Source: Phyllobates terribilis (taxonomy: Eukaryota). From it: a DNA stretch of 64,000 bases. This document shows, one piece after another, positions 21,938 through 33,321 of the stretch. The position numbers and the translations under genes were made by a program. The stretch spans positions 232,438,001-232,502,000 of the forward strand of contig NW_027362765.1 in assembly GCF_046119375.1 (NCBI RefSeq), given 5' to 3'. Below the pieces are notes generated by a model. The model had not been told where the DNA came from, made no database searches, and saw only the letters and a program-made list of their open reading frames with translations. How positions within the stretch are numbered: the first letter of the stretch is position 1; the number at the start of each line of letters is the position of its first letter.

Positions 21938-24900
21938 CTAAGAGGATCCTCCGGATCCCCTAGGACCAGGCTTATCAGGAAATCTCCTGTGAAACGCTCT
22001 GATAAGTCTGGACGCGGAAACATCATCTGACCTCACCCAAGAGTTATCCTCGGGTCCGAAACCTTTCCAGGCCACAAGATACTGCAAACTACCTCTATAC
22101 CGTCTAGAGTCAAGGATGCGAGAAATTTCATATTCCCCGTCCTCCACCACCGGAGGAACAGAGGCAGAGGCGTCACCATCCGACACAACAGCTTTTTTTA
22201 ACAGAGAGACATGAAAGACCGGATTAATTCTCCAGGAGGTAGGAACCTCCAACCTAACAGCAGATTGGTTGACAACCTGAAGCACCTTAAAGGGCCCTAC
22301 AAACTTGGGACCCAATTTCTTAGAAGGAATCCTCAACCGCAGATTCCTAGAGGACAACCAAACCATGTCACCAACAGCGAACAAAACCTCCTGTCGTTTC
22401 CTATCAAAGTAGTCTTTAGATTTTCTGTTGGCCTCCTGAAGATTACCACGCACATCCGTCCAAACTCTTTCCAAATCACCGGAAAAATTCTCCTCCTCAG
22501 GCACGGCAGATCCCAACTTGGAGAACGACCCAAACGACGGATGTCTCCCAGAACAACAAAAAAAAGGCGAACAACCAGCAGAAGAAGATGTATGATTGTT
22601 CAGAGCAAATTCGGCAAGTGGCAGAAACTCAGACCACCCCTCTTGATTGTCTGCCACAAAACAACGCAAGAACTGCTCAACATCCTGGTTTTTCCTTTCT
22701 GTCTGGCCATTAGATTCAGGATGATATCCGGACGAAAACGACAAATGAATTCCCAACCTGTCACAAAAGGCACGCCAAAAACGAGCCACGAACTGAGGAC
22801 CCCTATCAGAAACAATGTCAGTAGGAACGCCATGAAGTCTGACAATTTCCTTGACAAAGGCCTTAGCGAGAGTTTTAGCGCAGGGCAGTTTGACGAAGGG
22901 AACCAAGTGACACATCTTGCTAAAACGGTCCACGATCACCCAGATGACAGTAAAACCCTCAGAGGGGGGAAGGTCAGTTATAAAGTCCATAGCCAAATGT
23001 GTCCAAGGAGCACTGGGGACCTCCAAAGGACAAAGCAACCCCGCAGCAGGAGTATGTGAGGACTTAGATCTAGCACATATAGTACATTGGCGCACCCACT
23101 TAATGACTTCCTTCTGCCATCCAGGCCACCAAAAACTGCGACCCACCAGTCTCTTGGTCTCAGAGATTCCGGGATGACCTGCCAACCGAGATTCGTGACA
23201 CTCAACAAACAAATCTCTCCTAAAGGTCTCAGGCACAAACAACCTCCCATGAGGAGTGTTAGATGGGGCATTCTCCTGAGCTTTAAGAATCTCATCTTCC
23301 AAAACGGAGTCTAAAGCAGCTATCACAACACCTTCTTGTAAAATGTTTTCCTCTTTCTCAGCACCGACTATGGGAGAAAAACTGCGAGACAAGGCATCCG
23401 CCTTAACATTCTTAGTACCAGGGATGTAAGTAACGGAGAAATTAAACCGCGAGAAAAACAGTGCCCACCTAGCCTGACGGGCATTCAGGCGCTTGGCAGC
23501 ATCAAGATATATCAGATTTTTATGATCCGTAAGAACCTGAACGGGAAATTCCGCACCTTCCAAGAAGTGGCGCCAGTGTTCAAATGCGAGTTTAATAGCC
23601 AATAATTCCCGATTACCAATATCGTAATTCAGTTCAGTCTCCGAAAATTTTTTTGAAAAAAAGGCACAGGGATGTAATCCATCCCCGTTATCCTGAGACA
23701 ATACTGCGCCAACCCCCACAGAGGAAGCATCAACCTCAACCAAAAACGGCCTAGTAACATCAGGCTGCATAAGGATGGGAGCAGAGGTGAACCTCTCCTT
23801 GAGATACACAAAAGCTTCAATGGCCTCAGAAGACCACTGAACCGCATCAGCACCTTTCCTGGTGAGATCAGTCAGAGGTTTGACAATACTAGAAAAATTT
23901 TTTATGAATTTTCTGTAGTAATTGGCGAAACCCAAAAACCTCTGTATCGATTTCAAACCAATAGGCCTAGGCCATTCCTGCACAGCCTGAACCTTAACCG
24001 GATCCATCTCAAAACCTTTGCTGGAGATAATGTAGCCCAAAAAACTAATTCTCTGTACAGCGAACTCACATTTCTCCAGCTTAGCAAAAAGCGAATTGTC
24101 CATTAATAACTGTAATACCTCACGCACGCTCCGCCAATGAGACTCCAGATCTGGCGAATAAATCAAAATGTCATCCAAATACACAACCACATTTTTACCG
24201 ATCAAAGGTCTAAGGATGTCATTAATCAGATTCTGAAAAAATGCAGGAGCATTAGTAAGACCAAAAGGCATAACCAAATTCTCAAAATGACCCACAGGAG
24301 TGTTAAAAGCAGTCTTCCATTCATCACCCTCCTTCATGCGCAACAGATTGTATGCCCCCTTAAGGTCAATTTTAGAGAACCACTTGGCCCCCAATAACTG
24401 GTTAAACAGATCAGGAATCAATGGCAGTGGGTAAGGATTGCGTACCGTAATTTTGTTAATCTCACGAAAATCCAGACAAGGACGTAAACCGCCGTCCTTT
24501 TTTTTTACAAAAAAAAATCCAACCGCCACAGGAGACTTAGAGGGCCTAATGTGACCGGCGGCCAAACTTGTCTGTATGTATTCCTCCAAAGCCTTCCTCT
24601 CAGGAATAGTAAGGTTAAATAAACGACTTTTAGGAAGAGTCGCTCCAGGGACAAATTCAATAGAACAATCATAGTCTCTATGGGGAGGCAAAACCTGCGA
24701 TTCCTTCTCAGAAAAAACTCTCCAAAAATCCTGAATAGGAACAGGCAATTCTCCCCTATCCAAAGCTGCAATACGCCCGTTACAACACTTGTCATAACAT
24801 TTATGGCTCCAGGATTTAATTTCACTGGTAGACCAATCCAGTACAGGGTTGTGAAATTTTAACCAGGGCAAACCCAATATTACTGGAGAAGGCAAGTTAT

Positions 24901-26006
24901 TCAACACTACCAAATCCAATTTCTCATGGTGAACACCATTAATAGTGAGAGGAAATTCACTGACCTTGAGAGTAATATTCTTCAAAGGGGAGCCATCCAC
25001 AGAAACCACAGCAATGGGGGATGATAAAGGTTCAGGTTTTAAATTGAGTTTTTCCACGAATCCCCCATCAATTACATTCAGTGTAGACCCGCAATCAACA
25101 AACACCCGAAATTCCATTAATTTTTCCTGAGCAATCGTGGAAGCAGCTAAAAATATACCCTTGGAATTTAAACAGGCAATACGGGCGTGACTGACCATTT
25201 TTTTTTCTTTCTTCATACGAAGCTCACAGCCTTTAATCAAATGACCAGATTTTCCGCAATAGAAACACAAGCCTTCCGAAAAACGACGGTCTTTTTCTTG
25301 AGAGCGAGGTGCCACCGATCCAATCTCCATCGGTTCACCACTGTTAGTACACACATTATCATAACCAGAAACTGACATAGCAGAGGATTTGCTCTCATTA
25401 ACCCTAGCACGCAGTCTTCTATCCACCCGTATAGCTAATTGCATAGCCTGTTGCAAATCCTCAGGTGTAGGATAAGCAATTAGCAGGTCTTTAACCCTTT
25501 CACTGAGCCCAGCAAGAAATAGACTTTTCAGAGCAGAATCGTTCCACCCTGTTTGAGTAGACCAACGACGGAAATGAGTACAATATTTTTCCACATTACC
25601 CGATCCTTGTTTTAAACGTCTCAACTCAGTCTCAGCTGATGCCACATGGTCAGGATCATCATATAATAGTCCTAAAGCAGAAAAAAAACTATCCACTGAT
25701 CTGAAGCATGTATCACTAGGTTGCAAAGAAAAGGCCCACTCCTGAGGCTCTTTGCGCAACAGTGACATTATGAACCCTACGCACTGGGATTCATCCCCAG
25801 AGGACTTGGGTCTCAAACGAAAATACAATAAGCAAGCATTTTTAAATGAAAAAAAATTCTCGATGTTCACCAAAAAATAAATCCGGCAAACATACCTTAG
25901 GCTCCAAGAAATATGCTCCAGGACAGTTACTCACGTGCTGACGGAGCTCGGCCACTTCCAGAGAGAGTCCCTGCAGGTGTTTAGCCAAATCCTGAACCGA
26001 CACCAT
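21938..26006 (-). CDS. Gag-Pol polyprotein (gag, CCHC knuckle, protease, RT, RNase H, integrase, chromodomain); one apparent +1 frameshift near the N-terminus
   Basis: The 1311-aa open frame 21938-25873 contains CFYCGKSGHLIKGC, FVDCG, YLDD, RNase H (EVDAS...TDHKNL), the HHCC finger, D-D-E (MDF, SDRG, TER), GPF and YEISRILDSRR...YLVAWKGFGPEDNSW. The ATG at 26006 (MVSVQDLAKHLQG..., homologous to copy A) is out of frame by one T in the T8 run at 25849-25856. The corrected length would be 1355 aa. Confidence 0.93.
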
Positions 26007-26051
26007 GATGGAAAAAAAAAAAAAAAAAATCTTTCCTTAGAGAATTTGCAG

Positions 26052-26062
26052 GCTGGACTTAC
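26052..26062 (-). promoter_or_regulatory. Primer-binding site of chromovirus B, putative self-priming type
   Basis: Minus strand GTAAGTCCAGC is complementary to GCTGGACTT at 26396-26388, which begins 30 nt after TATTTAA (26426-26420). Confidence 0.72.
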
Positions 26063-26483
26063 TGTTATGTTCTGCTACCAAAGCTAAGGAAAGAGAGGAG
26101 ATCTGTCCCTACTATAAGACTCAGCTGAATCCCTACGATGTAACAGGGAACCTGATCCTGCGATCAGACCTGCTAAAGTCCTAATCTAGTCTGTACGAAG
26201 ACCTATAGATGTGGGGAGGGAATCCCTACAAGTACTAAGGACTGGGAGGAATATGGGACACCTCCTAACAGAAATAGTAGCAGACAGACGAACAAACAAA
26301 ATAGATAGAACATAGAGGTCCGTAGACCAAGCAAACTAACAGAGTTAGATACAGAGCACAGGCTAGCTAGAAAGTAGATATACAATGAAGTCCAGCAAAG
26401 CCAGAAGGGCGGAGCAGGATTAAATAGGCCAACAAGGTCATGTGACCAGCAAAGGAAAAAAACCTAACAGCAAGGTTCTAACA
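26063..26483 (-). repeat. 5' LTR of chromovirus B
   Basis: TG..CA ends, identical to the 3' LTR, followed by the TSD. Confidence 0.95.
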
Positions 26484-26499
26484 CCGACTACGCCAAAGT

Positions 26500-27770
26500 T
26501 GACGCGCCCCCTGGGCCAGTGCTGTAGTGCGGCGCGCGTGCGCGCGGGGAATACCCGGAGCCGGATCCGATGGGGGTAGTAGTCTTCGTGTGGCGGTGAC
26601 CCGGTCCGTGCCCAGGGTGGTCAAGCTAAACGTGTGGCAGTCTTTGTAGATGTTATAAATGTCGACTACGCCACCCGTTGATTTGCGGTCGCAAGGCCGC
26701 CACTGCAAAACAGTCCGCTGAGGCCGATGGTATATATGTGCAGCTATGGTGGTATAACCCCCAACGGGAGAGGTATAGCCTCAGGGCAGCTGGTGCGGGT
26801 GAAGGGAGTGATAGTAAGAGCGTCCCGGTACCTATGGTGCTGGTGGTGCGATGGAACACAGAGACTGATTGCAGTTTTCATTGCTTTACTCACAGTTGTT
26901 ATTAACGTCAGTCCTGCAGGTGATGACGACCCGAGCCATGCTGCGTCCACCAGGTACGGGGCTCGACCAACCCCCAGGCAGTTCCAGAGTGTGACCTTGA
27001 ACTCCTTTCCCCGTTCCTTTCTCTGGCCGTCCCCACTAGGGACCCACCCATGTCCAGCTTCCTCGGGCCTTCTGGTGGCGAAACCTTTCTCCGGTCTCCC
27101 TGACCCTATGTGGCATGCCTTCGTGGTGAGTGTAGTGAGTGGTCGCGCCAAGACGTGGCCACGTCCTCCGGTTCCTGGCTGAGGATAAGTGGCCTCCACC
27201 AGTTTGGGATCCGGTACCCTGATCTGCCAACCCTTCACCCGCTGACTCCTAGCGTGTTCGGGTTCCTTCTTGCTTCATGTCTCTGGGCCTTTTCTTATGT
27301 TTCATTCTTTCCTTGCTTCTTGTTCCTTTCTTCTTCACTCTTGCTCCCTGCAGGGGCAGCACCCAGACAGGGCTGCTGCTCCCTGTCACTCCTCTTCTCA
27401 CTCTTCTTCTGTCTGACTGAACTGAACTCACTCCTAAGATGGTGCCCACCTTTTATACTCCCTCTGACACCCGAGCCCAGGTGATTAGCAACCAATGGGC
27501 TCCTTCCTATGCCCAGAAACCCGCCCCTATCTGCTCCTACACCACTGGGTTTTCCTCCCCCTCCCCACTCCAGCCAGGAACAGAAGCTGTCGTACCTGCA
27601 CATCTTTCTAGTGGGAGTACCGTCGGTCTGTTCCTCGGAAATGGGGTGTGTGTGGTGCATGCAGCTAACTGAGTTCTAGTCCACACTCCATCCTTACCCG
27701 GGAGTGGAATACCACACCTCTGGTTCGAGGTGCAATACCCCTGTAGCAGCCGAGCCCTCGGGGTGCTACA
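26500..27770 (-). repeat. 5' LTR of the outer element
   Basis: Matches 18110-19380 and is followed on the minus strand by ACTT and then the tRNA-Ser PBS. Confidence 0.95.
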
Positions 27771-28739
27771 ATTACATCATGTAAAGCCGGACTGCTCTCA
27801 GTGAAGAAACGCCCCCTGAGTAATCAAATACATTTGCCTATGCTGAGGATGGCTTTAAAAGTTTATTTTTCCAGTAATAACAGCTGTTGTCTCAGACATT
27901 AGAGATATTATTGGAAAGCAGGATTCACATTCTAAATTGTACTGTCGTTCAGCGTTAGAGACCCAACCGATTCCCTTTGTTAGAAGGACACTCATTGGTT
28001 ACCTCAAAAAATGCTATCAATTCCAAGGAAGAACTTTAAAGAGGTTTTCCCACGAACAAAAGTTGATTGTAATCAATAGATCTTGGAATAATAATAATTT
28101 CCACAAGTGGATGTGTTTTAACCACTTTACAACCCAAGGTGGTTTGCACGTTAATGACCAGGCCAATTTTTACAATTCTGACCACTGTCACTTTATGAGG
28201 TAATTACTCTGGAACGCTTCAACGGATCCCCCTGATTCTGAGATTGTTTTTTCGTGACATATTGTACTTCATGATTGTGGTAAAATTTCCTTGATATCAC
28301 TTGCGTTTATTTGTGAAAAAAAACAGAAATTTGGCGAAAATGTTGAAAATTTTGCAATTTTCAAAATTTTAATTTTTATGCCCTTAAATCAGAGAGATAT
28401 GTCACACAAAATAGTTAATAAATAACATTTCCCACATGTCTACTTTACATCAGCACAATTTTGGAACCAATTTTATTTTTTATTAGGGAGCTATAAGGGT
28501 TAAAAGTTGACCAGCGATTTCTCATTTTTCCAACAAAATTTACAAAACCATTTTTTTAGGGACCACATCACATTTGAAGTGACTTTGAGGGGTCTTTATG
28601 ACAGAAAATACCCAAAAGTGACACCATTCTAAAAACTGCACCCCTCAAGGTGCTCAAAACCACATTCAAGAACTTTATTAACCCTTCAGGTGCTTCACAT
28701 TAATTTTTGGAATGTGGAAGAAAAAAATTAACATTTAAC

Positions 28740-30200
28740 TTTTTTAACAAAAATGTTACTTTAGACCCATTTTTTTTTTTATTTTCGCAGGGGTAACAGG
28801 AAAAAATGGATCCCAAAATTTGTTGTGCAAATTCCCTGAGCACGCAGATACCCCATATGTGGGGAAAAAACACTGTTTGGCCGCACGGCAGGGAATGAGC
28901 GCCATTTGACTTTGAATGTAAAATTTGCATGAATAATTAGCGGACGCCATGTTGCGTTTGGGGAGCCCCTCATGTGCCTAAACAGTGGAAACCCTCCCAC
29001 AAGTGACACTATGTTGGAAACTAGACCCCTCAGGGAACTTATCTAGATGTGTGGTGAGCACCTTGAACCCCCAGGTGCTTCACAGAAGTTTATAACATTG
29101 AGCCGTAACAATAAAATTTTCACATTTTTCCCACAAAAATATTTTTCAACCCCCAATTTTGCATTTTCATAAGGGTAACAGGAGAAATTGCACCATGCAG
29201 TTTGTTGTGCAATTTCTACTGAGTAAGGAGATATCCCATATGTGGGGGAAAACCACTGTTTGGGCGCACGACGGGGTTCGGAAGGGAAGGAGCTCCATTT
29301 GACTTTTTGAATGGAAAATTTGCTTGAATAATTAGCGGACACCATGTTGCGTTTGGGGAGCCCCTGATGTGCCTAAACAGTGGAAACCCCCCACAAGTGA
29401 CACCATCTTGGAAACTATACCCCTCAGGTAACTTATCTAAATGTATGGTGAGCACCTTGAACCCCCAGGTGCTTCACAGAAGTTTATAACATTGACCGTA
29501 AAAATAAAATGTTCACATTTTTCCCACAAAAATGTTTTTCAGCCCCCAATTTTGCATTTTCATAAGGGTAACAGGAGAAATTGCACCATGCAGTTTGTTG
29601 TGCAATTTCTCCTGAGTAAGCAGATACCCCATATATGGGGGAAAACCACTGCTTGGGCATACAGCAGGGTTCAGAAGGGAAGGAGCACCATTTGACTTTT
29701 TGAATGTAAAATTTGCTTGAATAATTAGCGGATGTGCCCCTGATTTGCCTAAACAGTGGAAAGCCTCCACAAGTGACACCATTTTGGAAACTAGACCCCT
29801 CAGGGAACTTATCTAGATGTGTGGTGAGCACCCTGAACCCTCAAGTGTTTTTTTATAAAAGAATCAAACTTTTTCCACAAAAATTATGTTTTAGCCCCAA
29901 TTTTTTTTTATTTTCACAAGGGTAAGAGGAGAAAAACTTTTGTGCAATTTCTCCTGAGTACACCGATACACCATATGTGGGGAAAATACAGTGTTTAGGC
30001 GCACAGCAGAGTTCAGAAGGGAAGGAGCACTGTGTGACTTTTTGAACCGAAAATTGGCTGGAATCGAGAGCGGACACCATGTCGCGTTTGGAGAGCCCAT
30101 GATGTGCTTAAATAGTGGAAACCCCCCACAAGTGACCCCATTTTGGAAACTACACCCCTCAAGGATTTTATCAAGGGGTATAGTGAACATTTTGAACCCA
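28740..30200. repeat. ~385-420-bp tandem repeat array (about 4 copies), same unit as 12075-13100, inverted
   Basis: CCCCACAAGTGAC(A/C)CCAT(T/C)TTGGAAACTA recurs at ~28995, ~29390, ~29768 and ~30125. Confidence 0.82.
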
Positions 30201-30255
30201 GAGGTACGACACAGAATTTGATAACATTAGGTCATCATATTGAATAAGTTGTCAT

Positions 30256-30553
30256 TAGTCTTGAGCGCAATGCTCGCTACTTGAGTTTGCATCGAGTACT
30301 CAGGTACGCACCATGTATCGCGGGTGCTCGAGTGACATGCTCGAGTCCCCGCTTGCATGTTTCACGGTTATTAGACACCCAAAAAAAAAACACGTGGGGA
30401 TCGCTTGTGCATGGCAGGCAATCCCCGCAAGGTTTTTTGGCCTCGAAGCATATGGGGCGGAGACTCGAGCATGTCACTCGAGCACCCGCGATGCTCAGTG
30501 CATACCCGAGCACCGATGCAAACTCCAGTAGCGAGCACTTGCGCTCAACACTA
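30256..30553. mobile_element. hAT MITE
   Basis: TIR TAGT(C/G)TTGAGCGCAA...GCGCTCAACACTA, same family as 2206-5258. Degenerate 8-bp TSD GTTGTCAT / GTCGCCAT. Confidence 0.8.
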
Positions 30554-30600
30554 GTCGCCATATCGTCATCTTTTTTTTTTTTTTTAATTTTTGAAAAAAA

Positions 30601-30693
30601 TCCCAACCCTAACTCTAGCCCAACCCTAACCCCAACCCTAACCCTAATCCCAACCCTAACCCCAACCCTAACCCCAACCCAACCCTAACCCTA
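30601..30693. repeat. Telomere-like (CCCTAA/CCCCAA)n tract
   Basis: About 15 hexamers, alternating CCCTAA with CCCCAA-type variants. Confidence 0.85.
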
Positions 30694-33321
30694 GCGTTTA
30701 TTTTTTACATTCCGCTCCTCGTGCGGTATAAGTGATTAGGCGACTTTATTCTTCGGGTCGGTGCGATTACAGCGATACCAGTATCATATAGGGTTTTTAT
30801 GATTTACAGCTGTCACACACTAAAATACACATTTTTTTGTAAAATCTAGTTTTTGCATTGCCATATTTTGAGAGCTATAATTTTTCCATATTTTGGCCGA
30901 CAGAGTCATGTGACGGCTTGTTTTTTGCGGGATGAGTTTACGTTTTTATTGGTGCCATTTTCAGGCACGTGTCATTTTTTGATTGCTTTCTATTAAGATT
31001 TTTGGGAGGCAGAATAAACAAAAAAGAGCAATTCAGGAATTGTTTTTTTTTTTTTTTTTTATGCTGTTCCGTGTGTGGTAAAATTTATAAGGTTGCTTTA
31101 TCTTTCGGGTCAGTACGTTTACAGCGGTACCACATTTATATAGTTTTTCTATGTTTTGGCGCTTTTACACAATAAATGCTATTTTATAGAAAAAAATTAT
31201 TTTTTTGCATCGCTTTATTATGATTGCTATAACTTTTTTATTTTTCGGCTGATGGAGCTGTATGGCAGCTTGTTTTTTGCGGGACAAGATGACGTTTTCA
31301 GCTGTACCATTTTTATTTATATTAATCTTTTTGATCGCGTGTTATTCCATTTTTTGTTTGGCAGTATAATGATAAAGCATTGTTTTTTGCTTCTTTTTTA
31401 TTTATTTATTTTTTTTACAGTGTTCACTAAAGGGGTTAACTAGTGGGACAGTTTTATAGGTCAGGCCATTCCAGATGCGGCGATGCCAAATATGTATATG
31501 TTTTTTTTCATAATAATATTTATTGATGGGTACATTATATTTTTATTTTTGATGGATTATTTTTTTAATTTTTTTAAATATTTTTACAATTTTTTATTTT
31601 CACTTTCTGACACTTTTTTTTACTTTTATTCTTTGTCCCACTATGGGACTTTCACTTTTTTTATTCTGATCGCCTGTATAGCACAGGGATGGAGCACCAT
31701 CCCTGTGCTATACAGGCTGTTAGCGCTGCAGATGCAGAAGATATTTTGGTCATGCACTGCGCATGACCAAAATACCTTCCTGCTGTCTGGTGACCCGGAT
31801 GTTGTCATGACGACATCGGGTCGTCATGACAACATCCGAGAAGCCGCGGTAGACAGCCCTGGAGGCCAGCAGGAGAGGTGAGTATCCCGATCACCTCCCC
31901 TTGCCCCCGCAATGCTGCGATCAAATTCGATCGCAGCATTGCGGAGGTTAATGTGCCAGGAGCGGTGCGGGACCACTTCCAGCACATAGCACCGGGTGTC
32001 AGCTGTGACAGCCTGTGTGCGGACACGATCGCAAAGACGTATTAATACGTGTCAGGCTCTTAAAGCCCAGATATGTATTAATACGTCTTGGGCTTTAAAG
32101 TGGTTAAATATTCCTGTGCTGAGATAATCTTATAAATGTGCCCCTGCTGTGTACTGTGTAATGGCTGTGTCTGACCGTGTACGGAACATGGTCTGATCAT
32201 ACCACAGCTCCTGGGCAGTTGAGGACACAAAAGAGTAAACAGACATTAGAGCATGGGATCACAGCTGATTCATTTTGTGAGGTAAAGCATTTCCCTGCCT
32301 GTTTTTAAACAATGTTTTACTTCAAAGAAAGAATCAGCTGTGATCCCCTGCTGTAATGTCTGCATACTCTTTTGTGTCCTCCCCTGCCCAGGAGCTGTGG
32401 TATAATCAGACCATGTTCCGTACACGGTCAGACACAGCCATTGAATAAAATGAACTTTTGTTGGTGGGAAAACCTATTTAAGGCTTTATTTTATTCAGTT
32501 CTTTCTCCTATGTCATATTCACAGCAGCACAGGAAGATGAGATGATGTGGAATAATGCAGGGTTCTTACACTGAAGAGCTGGTGGATGTTTTTTCTTCTA
32601 GTCTAGAAAATAACACTGTCGATGTGATCGATGACCTCCAATCAGGATTGGCAACTGTCCAGAAATTCCAGGACAGTCCGTAAAAATAGGCCTGTCGATA
32701 AAAATTTTTTTAAGGCGTCTTGTGATTTTTTTTAACACGAAGAAACTTATACAGATTATTTTGACTATACTTATCATTTTACAGTTTTCAGGAACTGCAT
32801 GACTGTAGTCATGATTTCTAAAATAATAATGATTTATTGTGGTTTTCCAATGTGTTTGTAAAAAATATTGTATGTCCGTGATTTTTTGATGAGCTATCCC
32901 AAAAAAAATAAGAAGTCAACTTGGCAACTCTACCTAAGAAAACCCCCTTAAATTTCTCAATCCCTTTTTCAACAGAGCTCCTGGGAGTATGACCTTGAGG
33001 AAGTGGAATACTGAGGATTAATGCATTCACACCGGAGTTTCCAGTATTGGGAAGTTCACACACTGCAGGTTTGGTTTAGTTTTTCCCTTCATTTTTTTTC
33101 ATAGTAGCAAAACCAGGATTATATCCATGAAACAAAAATACAAAATGATAAAGCTCCTCTTTACTTTTTTCCAGTGCTGTATATAGGAGAGAGGGGGCAC
33201 ACCATACAGAAGGATGTTGTACTGGGCCGGCTACAGGTTTTCATGAGCCACGAGTCTCAGTGGGCCCCTTTAACGCATACCACGATTCATGATGCACAGA
33301 TACCGCAGAGAAATATACATA

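Larger units (their letters stand above)
21505..26483 (-). mobile_element. Full-length Ty3/Gypsy Tf1/sushi-type chromovirus, copy B; very recent insertion
   Basis: Identical 421-bp LTRs (21505-21925 and 26063-26483), 5-bp TSD CCGAC (21500-21504 and 26484-26488), PPT AGAAGGGGGGG at 21929-21939, and a single long gag-pol ORF ending in a chromodomain. Confidence 0.97.
18110..27770 (-). mobile_element. Non-autonomous LTR retroelement (Gypsy-like, 4-bp TSD, tRNA-Ser primed) with a ~2.1-kb internal region, carrying a nested chromovirus
   Basis: Two 1271-bp direct repeats with TG..CA ends and 4 mismatches, TSD ATTA (18106-18109 and 27771-27774), PPT next to the left LTR, split PBS next to the right LTR, and no gag/pol of its own. 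Confidence 0.93.
28122..32103 (-). mobile_element. Non-autonomous piggyBac-like element (3982 bp)
   Basis: TTAA TSDs (28118-28121 and 32104-32107) and TIR CCACTTTACAACCCAAG vs CCACTTTAAAGCCCAAG. 28140-28750 is the reverse complement of ~13120-13730. No transposase. Confidence 0.87.
28040..32477. mobile_element. Kolobok/T2-type fold-back MITE, split by a piggyBac-like insertion
   Basis: TTAA on both sides (28036-28039 and 32478-32481), TIRs AGAGGTTTTCCCACGAACAAAAGTT / AACTTTTGTTGGTGGGAAAACCTAT, long internal inverted arms at ~32160-32442. Confidence 0.8.

Noticed and set aside
22211-23059. 282-aa + strand ORF and other ORFs antisense to gag-pol
   Set aside because: These are shadow frames of the integrase/RT coding strand with no recognisable domain.
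26484-26495. Possible tRNA-Ser gene
   Set aside because: Only the 3'-terminal ~19 nt including an encoded CCA are present, adjacent to an LTR, so it is a PBS and not a tRNA gene.
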